DNA of 64,000 nucleotides, taken from NCBI GenBank assembly GCA_963806225.1, contig CAWDXG010000004.1, positions 4,992,001 to 5,056,000 on the forward strand, written 5' to 3'. Each line of letters starts with the position of its first letter. Within the stretch, counting starts at the first letter, position 1. The notes under the pieces are model-generated. The model saw only the letters and a list, made by a program, of their open reading frames with translations, was not told where the DNA came from and searched no databases. The position numbers and the translations under genes were made by a program. Origin of the DNA: an uncultured delta proteobacterium (lineage in GTDB: Bacteria; Myxococcota_A; Polyangia; Polyangiales; Polyangiaceae). Positions 1 through 10,523 of this stretch are shown piece after piece.

Positions 1-398
1 ACCCGCTGTTCGGGCGTCGAAGCCGCCGTCGCCACTACGAAGCGCTGCACCGCGGGCGGAGCCGGCTCGGAGGCGTCGGCGAAACCGGGAAAGCTCTCGT
101 CCTCGGGGACTTCAGGAGCGATGCGCGCAGCGTTCTGGATGGCCTCGACCAGCCCCCGCTCGTCGAGCCGCGTCGTGGACGCCTCGGCGACGCGCCTGCC
201 GCGTGCAACGCGGACTACCGCGTGCGGCTCCTCGATCAGCATGTGCTGGCCCAGCTCGCCCAGCGCGAAGCGCGCGAACCCGCGGCGCGACCAGCTCGCG
301 TAGGCTTCCGCTTCCGCCTCGCCCGCGCGGGCCAGCGCGCCTGAAAGCAGGGCCGAGAGCTCGCCGGGGGCGATCGCCGCACCGTCCGTTGCCGTCAC
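1..398 (-). CDS. PmbA/TldE family protein, N-terminal part (runs off window)
   Basis: Not in the ORF track. GTG at 398 overlaps the tldD stop (GTGA). Translates MTATDGAAIAPGELSALL...EAYASWSRRGFARFALGELGQH...VRVARGRRVAEASTTRLD, resembling a PmbA/TldD N-terminal domain, and lies directly behind a tldD. Confidence 0.75.
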   Translation of the reverse strand, partial: MTATDGAAIAPGELSALLSGALARAGEAEAEAYASWSRRGFARFALGELGQHMLIEEPHAVVRVARGRRVAEASTTRLDERGLVEAIQNAARIAPEVPEDESFPGFADASEPAPPAVQRFVVATAASTPEQR

Positions 399-1861
399 GA
401 GTGCCCGACCTCCACGTTCGAGAAGCGCGCGGGCGGCGCGCCGTGCGCGACCTGCATGGCCTGGATCGGATCGCCCTTGCCGCACGTCGACAGCCCCCAG
501 ATGCGTGCTTCTTCCGGCCCGGTGACCGCGTTGCAGCTACCCCAGAACTCCGGCGTCGCGCCGGTGTAGCGCGCGTCGCGCAGCATGCGGACGCGTTTGC
601 CGTGCTTGATCTCCCAGGCGAGCTCGCAGGAAAATTGGAAGTTCAGTCTGAGGTCGTCGATGCTCCAGCTCTTGTTCGTATCGAACAGCACGCCTTCAGC
701 GGTGTCGGCGACCAGATCCTCCAGCGAGCCCGCACGTGGCTCGAGCGAGACGTTGACCATGCGAATCATCGGTACGCGGTTGTAGCCGTCGGCGCGCACC
801 GTCGCGGTGGACTCGCGCCCGAGCGCCGCGGCGGTCTCACGCGACGACAGGTAGTCGGTGAAGATGCCGTCCTCTATCAGTGCGACCTTGCGGGCGGGCG
901 TGCCCTCGTCGTCCCAGCCGAAGGTGCCGAGCCCGCGCGGCGCGATCGAGTCGGCCGTCAAGGTGACGATGGGCGAGCCATAGCGCAGCGTGCCGAGTTG
1001 TTCTGGCTGCAGGAACGAACCCCCGGCGAGGGAGATCTCGTGGCCGAGTGCGCGGTCGAGCTCGGTGGGATGCCCGCACGACTCGTGGATCTGCAGGGCC
1101 AGCTGGCTGGACGCGAGGATCACGTCGCGGCGTCCCGGCGGACACGGCTCCGCCGACAGGAGGTCGATCGCTTCCTGACGGATGCGCGGCGCTTCTGCCA
1201 GCAGCCGGGCCTCCGCGATGACCTCGTAGCCGGCCTGGAGCTGCTCCGTACCAGGCGTGCCCGGATACGATCGTCGTTGCATCGATCCGTCGTCGCCGAC
1301 GGCTACGGCGAGCATGCCCGCGCCGCCGTAGACGAAGTGCTGCTCGAGATCGCTGCCTTCGCTGCTCATCAGGAGCTTGTCGATGCGAGTCCAGCTCATC
1401 CACGCTTCAGCGCTCTTGATGGGCGCGCCGCCCTGGCGCAGAGCCGCCTCGGGCCCGGCGAGAGCGCCGAGCTTCTGCTCCAGCGGAATGCCGAAGGGAT
1501 CGATCTCGAGCGGGGTCTCGTAGCGACCGACCTGGGCATCACGCGGCGGAAAGACGACGGGAGGGCGACCGAGCGCGGAGCTGGCCCGCGCGATCGCCAG
1601 GGCCTGGTCCACAGCAGCGACGACCGCCGCTTCGCTTTCGAGCGGCGTACACGAGAAGCCCCAGGTGCCGCGCGCAATCAGCCGCACGGCGAACCCGCTC
1701 TTATGGCTTCGACCCACGCCGTCGGGCACGCCGTCGCGCACACGCAACCGCTCGACCTCCTCGCCCGCGAAGCGCACCTCCGCGTAGTTCACATCCGCCT
1801 GGCGCGTGGCGTGCGCGAGCCCCGCCTGGCAGACCGTGCGGATTGTCGAAGGCAGCGGCAT
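395..1861 (-). CDS. tldD: TldD family metalloprotease
   Basis: QIHESCGHPTELD (HExxGH), FGWDDEG, RMVNVSLEP and C-terminal CGKGDP. Start taken at ATG 1861; ATG 1876 is an alternative. Confidence 0.9.
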   Translation of the reverse strand: MPLPSTIRTVCQAGLAHATRQADVNYAEVRFAGEEVERLRVRDGVPDGVGRSHKSGFAVRLIARGTWGFSCTPLESEAAVVAAVDQALAIARASSALGRPPVVFPPRDAQVGRYETPLEIDPFGIPLEQKLGALAGPEAALRQGGAPIKSAEAWMSWTRIDKLLMSSEGSDLEQHFVYGGAGMLAVAVGDDGSMQRRSYPGTPGTEQLQAGYEVIAEARLLAEAPRIRQEAIDLLSAEPCPPGRRDVILASSQLALQIHESCGHPTELDRALGHEISLAGGSFLQPEQLGTLRYGSPIVTLTADSIAPRGLGTFGWDDEGTPARKVALIEDGIFTDYLSSRETAAALGRESTATVRADGYNRVPMIRMVNVSLEPRAGSLEDLVADTAEGVLFDTNKSWSIDDLRLNFQFSCELAWEIKHGKRVRMLRDARYTGATPEFWGSCNAVTGPEEARIWGLSTCGKGDPIQAMQVAHGAPPARFSNVEVGHS

Positions 1862-1958
1862 GGCCCGCGGGAGCATAGACGAGCCAAGGGCGCGTGTGTC
1901 GGGATCGGGACGATTTCCGCCGCCGCAGCGCGTCACGACGGCACTGGACCAGGGCCAT

Positions 1959-2960
1959 TCACGGATTGCAGACGGGCTCCGTGACGCCGAAGTACGGTTC
2001 CTTGTCGAAGTCCGTCCACTTCTCGTCGAGCTTCCAGATGCTGTTGTCGTCCTCGTACAGGACGACGTTGTCGTTGTCCTTGCTGGCGTAGGCGCCCCAG
2101 TGCCACTGGCAGATGTCGTTGTCCGACCGCGTGAACGTCGACTCGTTCACCTTCTTCCCGTCCTGCCACACCACCATCACGCCGTCGTAGTAGTTGATGT
2201 AGATGGTCGTGCGGACCCACTTCCCCATGGGGAAGGCCGGCGCGTTCGGCGCCCAGGTCACCGTCCCGCCGGTGTTCTCGATGTGTGCCGGGGTGAGGCG
2301 ATTGGTCGTATCCTCCAGCCCGAGCGTGATCACGGTGTCGTTCCAGCCGCAGTCGTTGTTCACGGTCCAGAAGCTGAACCATTTGCCGTTCTGGAAGGCA
2401 TAGGGCGCCTCCAGCCAGCTCCAGTAGGTGTTGACCACTCCGTCCGGCGCCTGGATCCCGATGCCCTTGTTGGTGTAGGCCTGCACCACGCTGTCGTGGT
2501 CGAACTGCAGGCCGCCGTAGCCGCGGTGCGACTGGGTGTCGACGCAGGTGATCACGCTCTTGTGCGAGTGCGAGGGGCTCTTTGCGTGATCGGTGGAGAA
2601 GCCATTGTCGTGGCAGAAGCCGTTGTTCCAGTCCTTGCCGTAGGTCTGGCTGGTCCAGCGCTGGTAGTCGCCCGTCTCGAAATCCTCGAACCAGAGCCGC
2701 GTGGCGTGGAAGCACGCACCACCGCCTGCCGTGCCGCCCGCTCCTGCCAGAGCGCCCGCGCCTGCCGTGCCTGCGGCGCCGCCTGTTGTGCTGCCCGCCG
2801 TGCCCCCAGCGCCGCTGCCCGCCGTGCCGCCCGCGCCGCCGCTGTTCGACCCCGCCGAACCGGCACTACCTCCCGTGCCCGACGGACCCGAACCGCTGTC
2901 TCCACACGAGAGGAGGAAGAATGCCGCCACGATCGTCGTCCACGTCTTCCACCCGCCCAT
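1959..2960 (-). CDS. Lipoprotein with Gly-rich linker and a ConA/polysaccharide-lyase-like beta-sandwich domain
   Basis: Lipobox LLSC, GGxAG linker, FEDFETGD, and KWVRTTIYIN...VWQDGKKV pattern. GAGGTG Shine-Dalgarno upstream. Domain call tentative. Confidence 0.6.
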   Translation of the reverse strand: MGGWKTWTTIVAAFFLLSCGDSGSGPSGTGGSAGSAGSNSGGAGGTAGSGAGGTAGSTTGGAAGTAGAGALAGAGGTAGGGACFHATRLWFEDFETGDYQRWTSQTYGKDWNNGFCHDNGFSTDHAKSPSHSHKSVITCVDTQSHRGYGGLQFDHDSVVQAYTNKGIGIQAPDGVVNTYWSWLEAPYAFQNGKWFSFWTVNNDCGWNDTVITLGLEDTTNRLTPAHIENTGGTVTWAPNAPAFPMGKWVRTTIYINYYDGVMVVWQDGKKVNESTFTRSDNDICQWHWGAYASKDNDNVVLYEDDNSIWKLDEKWTDFDKEPYFGVTEPVCNP

Positions 2961-3099
2961 AGCTCACCTCGCCGCGAACAGCGTATCACGCGTCATCGGA
3001 CAGAGGACGCGCGAGCAGGCGCCACGGGCAGGCGCGTCGCCATTTTCCGTCACGCTTGTCTGGCAACCAGCGCCGGCGGGCGGCATCATCGCGGGCGCG

Positions 3100-3709
3100 A
3101 TGGAGCAGCCTGCCCAGGTGAGACTCGAGACGCCGCGTCTGGTGGTCGTCATGCCTCGTCCCGACGACGCGGAGCTCATGCGCCGCTACCACTACGAAAA
3201 CCGCGAGCATCTTCGCCCCTGGGAGCCGTCGCGCCCGCCGGGGTTCTTCACGCCGGAGTTCTGGCAGTGGAGGCTGGAGCAGAACCTCGACGAGTTCTCG
3301 CGGGACCAATCGCTCCGGCTGGTGCTCCTGCCGCGCGAGGGAGAGCCGACGAGCATCTTCGGGCAGATCGAACTTCAGCCGCTTCAACCGCGGTCCGTCG
3401 CAGTCGTGCCTGCTCGGTTACAGTCTCGATCAGGGCTGCCAGGGCAAGGGCTACATGACCGAGGCGCTCGGCGCGGCGATCGACTTCGTGTTCGACCGGC
3501 TCGGCTTCCACCGGGTGGAGGCCAACTACATGCCGACCAACGAACGTTCGGGACGGTTGCTCCGACGACTCGGTTTCGTGGTCGAGGGCTACGCGCGCGA
3601 CTACCTGTTCATCAACGGGGCCTGGCGCGATCATGTGCTGACCGCGCGCACGAACCCCGATGCACCCCGCCCGGGGGTACTCGCCAACCAGGCTCCGCCG
3701 CCCGGCTAG
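3100..3709 (+). CDS. rimJ: RimJ-like GNAT N-acetyltransferase, +1 frameshift near 3370
   Basis: LETPRL...[11 protein letters not shown] in one frame. Removing one base at ~3370 continues [33 protein letters not shown]...[14 protein letters not shown]...[14 protein letters not shown]. Confidence 0.85.
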
Positions 3710-3719
3710 CTTCCCGGGC

Positions 3720-6038
3720 CTAGTGACGGCGCCGGCGCACCCATGCGAGGCCGAGCCCGGCCAGTGCCAGCAGGCCGAAGGGTGCGCCCGGATTGCGCGA
3801 GCCGGCCGTGCGGCAGCCGCAGCCGCCCGAATCGTTCGCGGGTGCGGCGCCCTGCTTCGCGCCACCCGCGCCCGCGGCTCCGCCGGCGCCGCCCGTGCCG
3901 GCTCCGCCCGCGCCGCCGGCTCCGCCCGCGCCGCCCGCCGCCTGCACCGAGACCGTGAGCTGCTTGTAGCGCCCGTCCTGGTCTCCCTTGTTGACGAGCA
4001 TGACGTAGGCGTCGGTGGCGTTCGCGGGCACGCTGAAGTCCACGCTCGCTGCCCCGCTCTTCGGCGCCACGGGGGCGCCGGTGGCGTTCTTGGCCTGGCC
4101 GGTACTCGAGTTGAAATCGAGCGGCGTTGCATCCCCGAAGCGCGCGAGCACAGCCGGCGTGTAGGGCGTGCCCTGCGCTCCGAAGGGGCTGCCCGATCCA
4201 CCGCCGGCGTTCACGTCGGCCCAGCCCACGGTGAGCTTGGTTGCGCCGGCGGGCAGCGCCACGTGCACCTGGAACAGCCCCGGCGCGTATGCCGCGCTCT
4301 GCATCAGGCCGACCGTGGTCCTGCCGGGCGCACTGAACGAGTTCAAGAGCTGGGGGTCCGGTCCATTGATGGGCTTGTCCGCCCATTCGAAGACGCGGTT
4401 GCACATCGGCGTCACGCCGCGCGAGCTCATTTCCTTGTCGAACGCGGTCGCCACGGTCTGGCCCAGCGGCGACGCCTTGATCGAATCGCTGAACAGCTTG
4501 GCCAGGTCGCCGTAGCCCAGATCGCCCGACGGCGCGCTCATCAGCGCAGCCAGGATGGCCTTGTCGTACTCGGTCTGATCGGAGGTCGAAAGCGTCTTGC
4601 GCACCGCCCACAGGCCGCCCGAGAAGAACGTGGAATCCGCATGCACCTCGCCCGACAGACCGTCGGGGCACACGTCCTGGTTGTCCAGGTTGCGGATCGC
4701 TCCGCTCGCGGTGAGGCCCTTGCTCGCGTACTCGCCGACCTGGCCGTCGCCCGTGATGGCGCTCGAGAAGTAGTCGGCCAGCCCCTCGTTCATCGCGCCG
4801 GGCGAATCCACCGCGCCCTGCTTGTCGAGGTGCCAGGTGCCGACCAGCTTGATGGTGCGGTCGATCATCGCGTGGGAAAACTCGTGGTAGACGACGTCGC
4901 CGTCGTACGAGAAATCGACGAGGGTTCCCTGCCCGAACCACATCGCACCGCTCTGGATGTTGAACACCGCGGAAAACAGCGGGTCCTGCGGCGAGAAGAA
5001 TGCGTTGTCGAACGGCACCAGCGGCAGGCTCGTGTCGGCCGCCTTGGTCAGGTCGCCCTGCTGGATCCCGTCCGGCAGCCGCAGGTTCACGATCGCGGGG
5101 AGCTCTGCCGGCTGGAGCTCGGGCATGCCGAGTGCCTGCAGGAAGTCGTACGCCTTGCTCACATGGTAGAACATGCTCACCTCGGCGTAGCTGTCTTCCG
5201 GAGCGGTGTCGCTGCCCTTGGTGTACGAGGTGAAGTCGCCGTTCGAGTCCGCCTGGGCGTGCTGCTCGAGCTCGCAGCTGTGGACGGTGATGCCGTAGAA
5301 CGTCTTGGTCGTCTGCTTGTCGATGCAGTTCATCACGTTGACGTGCCCGTCCGTCAGGTTGGTCGAGTTCTGCGCGAGGTCGGACAGCTGCACCGTGACC
5401 GGCGTCGGCGTCTTGACCGGATTGAACTCGTTCACGGTCGCCTGCCGGTCGAACTGCACGGCGTTGTAGCGCTCGATGAGCTCGCCCGTGTTGGCGTCGA
5501 GCACGATCACGGGCGCGTACGGGATGCCGTCCTCCACCGGCGCGAAGAACGTCCACACCAGTCGCGCCGAGTCAGCGTACGGCAGCCATGCCAGCCGCGC
5601 GTGCTTCTGCGGCATCGCGATGCCGGCCAGCTTCGACGCCTTGGCGAGCGCCAGGTCCACCACGAGCCCGGGGGTCGCGCTCGCCGGCAGATTGGACTCG
5701 ACCCGCGCCGTAGCCAGGCTGGTGGGCTGCCCTTGCGCGTCGAACAGCACGGCCGCGCCGCGATCCAGCACTGGCAGACCCAGGTGCTGCTGCGCGAACC
5801 TGACGACCTTGCGTCCACCGCCCGCGTCGAACGTACCCGCCGGCAGCAGATCCGCATTGGCCAGCACCGGAGCGCGCGCAATCAGTGTGGCGCGGGCGCG
5901 CGCTTCCATGCTGCCCGTCGCGAGCGGCGCGTTCACGGACGGCAGCACGAGCGGGGTCGACGGCGCGGCCATGGCGCCGGCGGAGGCGGTCATGACAAGG
6001 AGAGCCGAAAGCGGAGCTGACAGGATGGATTTGCGCAC
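3720..6038 (-). CDS. Secreted M4/M36-type zinc metalloprotease with propeptide and MYXO-CTERM anchor
   Basis: Signal peptide; HEFSH, NEGLAD and GEVH motifs; C-terminal GGCGCRTAG...LLALAGLGLAWVRRRRH; GGAGG upstream of the GTG. Confidence 0.85.
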   Translation of the reverse strand: MRKSILSAPLSALLVMTASAGAMAAPSTPLVLPSVNAPLATGSMEARARATLIARAPVLANADLLPAGTFDAGGGRKVVRFAQQHLGLPVLDRGAAVLFDAQGQPTSLATARVESNLPASATPGLVVDLALAKASKLAGIAMPQKHARLAWLPYADSARLVWTFFAPVEDGIPYAPVIVLDANTGELIERYNAVQFDRQATVNEFNPVKTPTPVTVQLSDLAQNSTNLTDGHVNVMNCIDKQTTKTFYGITVHSCELEQHAQADSNGDFTSYTKGSDTAPEDSYAEVSMFYHVSKAYDFLQALGMPELQPAELPAIVNLRLPDGIQQGDLTKAADTSLPLVPFDNAFFSPQDPLFSAVFNIQSGAMWFGQGTLVDFSYDGDVVYHEFSHAMIDRTIKLVGTWHLDKQGAVDSPGAMNEGLADYFSSAITGDGQVGEYASKGLTASGAIRNLDNQDVCPDGLSGEVHADSTFFSGGLWAVRKTLSTSDQTEYDKAILAALMSAPSGDLGYGDLAKLFSDSIKASPLGQTVATAFDKEMSSRGVTPMCNRVFEWADKPINGPDPQLLNSFSAPGRTTVGLMQSAAYAPGLFQVHVALPAGATKLTVGWADVNAGGGSGSPFGAQGTPYTPAVLARFGDATPLDFNSSTGQAKNATGAPVAPKSGAASVDFSVPANATDAYVMLVNKGDQDGRYKQLTVSVQAAGGAGGAGGAGGAGTGGAGGAAGAGGAKQGAAPANDSGGCGCRTAGSRNPGAPFGLLALAGLGLAWVRRRRH

Positions 6039-6149
6039 GATGCCTCCAGGAAGCGGGGGCTGGCATCGTGCCTGCTGGGCGTGAGAGCAGCAAGCGCTGG
6101 AAAATTGCGCTCTCGGCGATCTCCGGCTTCTGGGCTAGCCCGCCCAGCG

Positions 6150-6396
6150 TTCGAGGTGACGAGCTGTTCGAGGAACGCCTCGGTTCCCTGGTGCATGCCC
6201 CGCCAGTCACGCTGCCCGCGACTCTGCTCGGCGAGCATCGACGCATCCCATCCGTCGTGGCAAGCGAGCTCGGCGAACGCGCGATGCGCCGCGCGGTCAT
6301 CCAGTACAGGACGAAGGCGCCGTCCGGGCGGAGCGGCGCGCGGTTTCCGGCCGTCCGGCGCAGCTCCGGTACCGAGCTCGATCGCGCATCGTCCAT
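6150..6396 (-). pseudogene. Remnant of a class II CPD photolyase
   Basis: N-terminal ...RAPLRPDGAFVLYWMTARR joins, in another frame, AHRAFAELACHDGW...WRGMHQGTEAFLEQLVT. These resemble two segments that are normally far apart in class II photolyases. Confidence 0.6.
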
Positions 6397-6497
6397 CTGC
6401 CCGATACCTGGGGACCGCTCCCGGCCGTGGCAACGCCCCCCGGCATGCGCTGACGACCATCCGCGCGCGCCAGGCCGGTTTGTCCTAGGCTTCGCGC

Positions 6498-8781
6498 GTG
6501 CGACAAGCGTCCAGCTGGTGTGCCCCGATGGTGTTGTCCCTGCTCGCGCTTGGCGCGTGCGGCGGCGCGCCTCCCCGCGCGCACGCGCCCGTCGCTGCGA
6601 AGAAGCCCGCCCCGACCGCGCCGAAGCCGGCCACGCAGCGTGATCGTCTGCTCGCGGTCCTGCACACGGTCAAGCCCGCGGGGCCGGTGCTCGGCGCGCT
6701 CGATGCCCAGGCGCGCGCCGATCTGGACGCGCTGGTGAAGCAGGTGACTCCCGCACAGCGGAGCCAGATCGCCCAGAGCGGCAGTCCGTTCGCCGCCGAG
6801 CGACCGCTCCTGTTCCTGGCGCTGGGCGGCGACTCGCCCGACGCCTACTTCGCCCTGGCGACGCGGGGGCGAGGGGCGGACGAGCTGGTCGGCATGCGCC
6901 GCCGCAACGGCAAGAGCAACGTGGACGATCTCGTGCACGTCGCGGCCGAGGTCAGCCGGCGGGCGGCGGCAGAGTGGCTGCGCGCCCGCAGCGTGGAGGT
7001 CGGGAGCCGCCACGGGCTGACGCCCGCGCTGTGCGACCAGATCGATGCGGTCGCGGTCACGCTGGATCGCCTGGACGTGCGACGCCGCGCACGCGAGATG
7101 GCCGCAGCGCTCGACCCGGGCGCGGCGCGCGCGCTGCGTGTGGCGCGCGCAGCGGCGTGGCAGCTGGATGTTCCCGCGGCCCGCGCGGCTCTCGACAGAG
7201 CACGTTTACACGGCGCGGGCGGCGATGCCGCCAAGCCCGTCCAGAAGCTCGTCGACGAAGCCGCGCTGGCGGTGAAGACCAAGCACGAAAAGCTCGACGT
7301 CGACACCAGCGTAAAGGCAGCACGCGCGCTGCTCGATCTGCACCACGCCGAACAGGTCGACGCGCTCCTTGCCCCGCATCGCGCCCAGGCTGGCTCGCAC
7401 CTGGCGCTGGCATCGGTGCTGGCGCTTGCGGCGACCGGCAACGGCATGTGCCAGGGCGTTCCGGACGGGGCCGGCAATGCCCTCATCTGCGCGACCGCGT
7501 GGCACCAGAGCAAGGACATCGCGAAGGTCATCGGGCTGCTGGAAAGCGCGTGGAAGTCGGGTAACGGGCGTGACGACGCTGCGATCCAGACCTGGCTCGG
7601 CATGGGGTACGTGCTGCCCTGGGTCTACCAGACCATCCGCGACTCGACGTCCGGTGCGGCCGACGCAAAGCAACACTTCCAGAGCCGCCTCTCGGCGACC
7701 GAACGCGCGGTGAAGGAGGCGGCCGCCGCGTCGCACACCTTCGACGGTCTGGTCCTGTTCGTCGACGCGAGCGCGGCGGGGCTCACGGCATCCCAGCGGC
7801 ACAAGGCTGGCGAGCGGGTGCACCTCCAGCCAGCCGTGCAGAAGGACCTCGCAGAGCACGCGCTCGCGCTGGGCAAGCGTTCGCCCAAGGAGCTCTTCAC
7901 GCAGGCGGCCGTGCTGGCGGTGGCGGGCATGTTGAGCCAGGAGCAGGACATCGGTCCGCTGCTCGGCGCTTCTGCCCGATCCGGTGGCGCCCCGGTACCG
8001 TCACGTGCGGGCCGTGCTCGAGGCCTGGAACGCCGCAGTCCACGGGTCCGCCGCGGCGGACAAGGGCCGGAGCCTACTGGCCGGCTTGATTCCCGGCACC
8101 GAGCCGCACTCGCTGGATCGTGCGAAGACGGTGCTGCTGATGGCGGAGCTCGACGTGGAGCTGACCCACGCGCCGCGCGCGTACAACGTGCTAGCGCAGG
8201 TCGCCGGGCAGCTCACCTCCGACCAGGTCCCGCCAGCGCTCAGGCTGCAGGCCGGGATCGATCGGGCCGGTGCGCTGTCACGGGTGAGCAGGACCGCGGA
8301 CGCGGAGAAGCTGCTCGAGAAACTGATCGCGTCCGGCGTCCCGAAGGGCTCCGGGGACGACCACTCCCTCGGGCTCCTGGCCAAGGCGTATCTGCTGGTG
8401 CTGCGCGCCCGCAACACGAAGGGAGACGAGCGCCGTCAGTACGTCGACAAGCTGTCGCACGTTCTCGACGGCTCGGCCGACAGCTCGTCGCGCATCGGGC
8501 TCTGGTGCGACATGTGGCAGCACGAGCTCGCCTACCAGATGAAGAAGGATCAGTGCGGTGGACTGAAGGTCTGTCTGGCCAGAGCGGCCAAGCAGCGCCG
8601 CGTCCCGCCGACGGCGATCGAAGCCAGGATCGGTCCCCAGGCGGCCGCCATCCTGCGCTCGGGGACGCTCTCCATGGGGACGCTCAACATCCAGTTCAAC
8701 TTCAGCCGCGAGGCGGGGCTCGCTCCGCAGGTGCAGTTCGAGCCGCGGCTTCTCGCTGCGGAGCTGCCGCCGGCGCCCTGA
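6498..8781 (+). CDS. Large helical lipoprotein of unknown function, +1 frameshift near 7966
   Basis: Lipobox LGAC. The reading IGPLL[g]ALLPDPVAPRY joins the two ORF-track frames. TAGGCT lies 6 nt before the GTG. Confidence 0.7.
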
Positions 8782-8808
8782 GACATCCTGACATACTCCT
8801 GACATTCC
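8782..8808. promoter_or_regulatory. Direct repeat CCTGACAT with 11-nt period (possible OmpR/PhoB-family site)
   Basis: gacatCCTGACATactCCTGACATtcc in the intergenic gap about 65-90 nt upstream of the Kelch gene. Confidence 0.4.
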
Positions 8809-8870
8809 GGGCTCGAGGGGGCCGGCGCCGTGTGCTGACGGGGCTTGGACAAGCCTGCTATGAACGATCC

Positions 8871-10493
8871 ATGAGATGGGCTTTCCTGCGTTTCGTGCTC
8901 CCGGTCGCAGCGCTAGCGCTGGGGCTCGCCTGCTCCTCGGGGCAGAACGGCGTGGCCAGCAACAACCACCACGGCAGCGGCGGAACCGGAGCCGGTGGGG
9001 CAGCGGGCGCAGGTGGGGCCACGGGCTGCGAGGGCGGTCCCCAGGCGATGTGCGGCGGAACGTGCGTTGATCTGACAAGCGACCCGGCCAACTGCGGGAC
9101 CTGCGGCAACGCCTGCGGTTCCGGGTCGAGCTGCTGCGATTCGGCGTGCGTCGAGGCCTCGTCCTGCTCATTCGCGGTGACCAGCCTGGATCCACCCGAC
9201 GGCTGGCAGAACGGTGGCGACTGGGTGCTGCTGCACGGCAATGGCTTTGCCGACGGCATCAAGGTCTTCATCGGCGCCGGACGGGCTCCGGTGCTGGTGC
9301 TCGATCCGCACACCGCCCGCATCCAGACTCCGCCTGGGCCGAAGGGCGATAGCGATCTGCGCATCGAGCTCGGTGGCAGCACCGCGACGCTCAAGAATGG
9401 CTTCCACTACTCCAGCGGCGGGCTGAAGCAGCCGTGGCAACAGAAGCCGATGCAGAAGGTGCGGGGGGAGGATCCGGCCGTCGCCGTGCTGCAGGACGGC
9501 CGCGTGCTGATCGCCGGCGGCACGACCGTGCCGGACTCGACCGCCGACGCGCTCGACACGGCCGAGATCTTCGATCGCCAGACCGAGGTCGTGACGCCGG
9601 CGAAGGGCACGATGAGCACGCCGCGCTGGCAGGACACCGCCGTCACGCTGCTCGACGGCCGCGTGCTCGTCGTCGGCGGCGCGTGCCACTCCGACATGAC
9701 CCAGTGCAACGGCGATGCGACGACAGCCGACCTGTTCGATCCGAAGACGGACACGTTCACGCCTACCGCGAGCAAGCTGAACGTGGCGCGCGCCTATCCC
9801 CGTGCTGTTTTGCTGCCGGACGGCCGCGTCTTCATCGCGAGCGCGAACGACCCGAGCGTGGAGATCTACGACCCGAAGACCGACAGCTTCACCAAGATCG
9901 ACCACGCGCAGGCGCATGTGTTCGGCTTCCTGGTGCGCCTGAAGGATGGTCGCGTGCTGATCGGCGGTGGCAACGGCAGCGAGACACACGCGGAGCTCTT
10001 CGACCCGGACACGGACACGTTCAGCGACACCGGCTCGCTCCAGCAGGGGCGCGCCATGCTGACGGCCCACACGCTGCCCGACGGCCGCGTGATCGTGATC
10101 GGCGGTTCCAGCGTGTCGGCGGGCGCCATCGATACGCCGCTCGCGTCGATGGAAGCCTACGACCCGACGACCGGCACGTTCAGCACGCTGCCCTACGCGC
10201 TCGGCACGCCGCGCACCTGGCACGCCAGCGCGCTGGTGCGCGATGGGACGATCATCGTGGCGGGCGGCTACACGGTCAAAGGCCAGTGCGATTCTCTCTC
10301 CGACACGGTGGATCAGGTGGACCCCGTCGCCGGCACGGTCACGCCGTTCGCCACGCTGCCGAACAAGAACACCGAGTGGAACGCCGTCACGCTGCTCGAC
10401 GGATCCATCATCGGCGTCGGCGGCGGGGCCTGCGGCACGGCCACGGCGCTGCCGGATCTCGACTTTTTGCCCGGCGATCCGACGCCGCAGTAG
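8871..10493 (+). CDS. Lipoprotein with Cys-rich repeat, IPT/TIG domain and Kelch beta-propeller
   Basis: Lipobox GLAC; CGGTCVDLTSDPANCGTCGNAC; SLDPPDG..GG..V.LHGNGF; repeated L.DGRVLxxGG and FDP motifs. Confidence 0.85.
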   Translation: MRWAFLRFVLPVAALALGLACSSGQNGVASNNHHGSGGTGAGGAAGAGGATGCEGGPQAMCGGTCVDLTSDPANCGTCGNACGSGSSCCDSACVEASSCSFAVTSLDPPDGWQNGGDWVLLHGNGFADGIKVFIGAGRAPVLVLDPHTARIQTPPGPKGDSDLRIELGGSTATLKNGFHYSSGGLKQPWQQKPMQKVRGEDPAVAVLQDGRVLIAGGTTVPDSTADALDTAEIFDRQTEVVTPAKGTMSTPRWQDTAVTLLDGRVLVVGGACHSDMTQCNGDATTADLFDPKTDTFTPTASKLNVARAYPRAVLLPDGRVFIASANDPSVEIYDPKTDSFTKIDHAQAHVFGFLVRLKDGRVLIGGGNGSETHAELFDPDTDTFSDTGSLQQGRAMLTAHTLPDGRVIVIGGSSVSAGAIDTPLASMEAYDPTTGTFSTLPYALGTPRTWHASALVRDGTIIVAGGYTVKGQCDSLSDTVDQVDPVAGTVTPFATLPNKNTEWNAVTLLDGSIIGVGGGACGTATALPDLDFLPGDPTPQ

Positions 10494-10523
10494 CCGCGCG
10501 CCCACGCGGAGCGGAGGCCGACC

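Noticed and set aside
1..6038. RiPP/microcin cluster (TldDE, Gly-rich ORF, GNAT, protease)
   Set aside because: No YcaO, cyclodehydratase or exporter, and no short precursor. The Gly-rich segment is a lipoprotein linker.
6498..10493. 1331-aa ORF as one protein
   Set aside because: Artefact of the frameshift at ~7966. It is two genes (6498-8781 and 8871-10493), each with its own lipobox.
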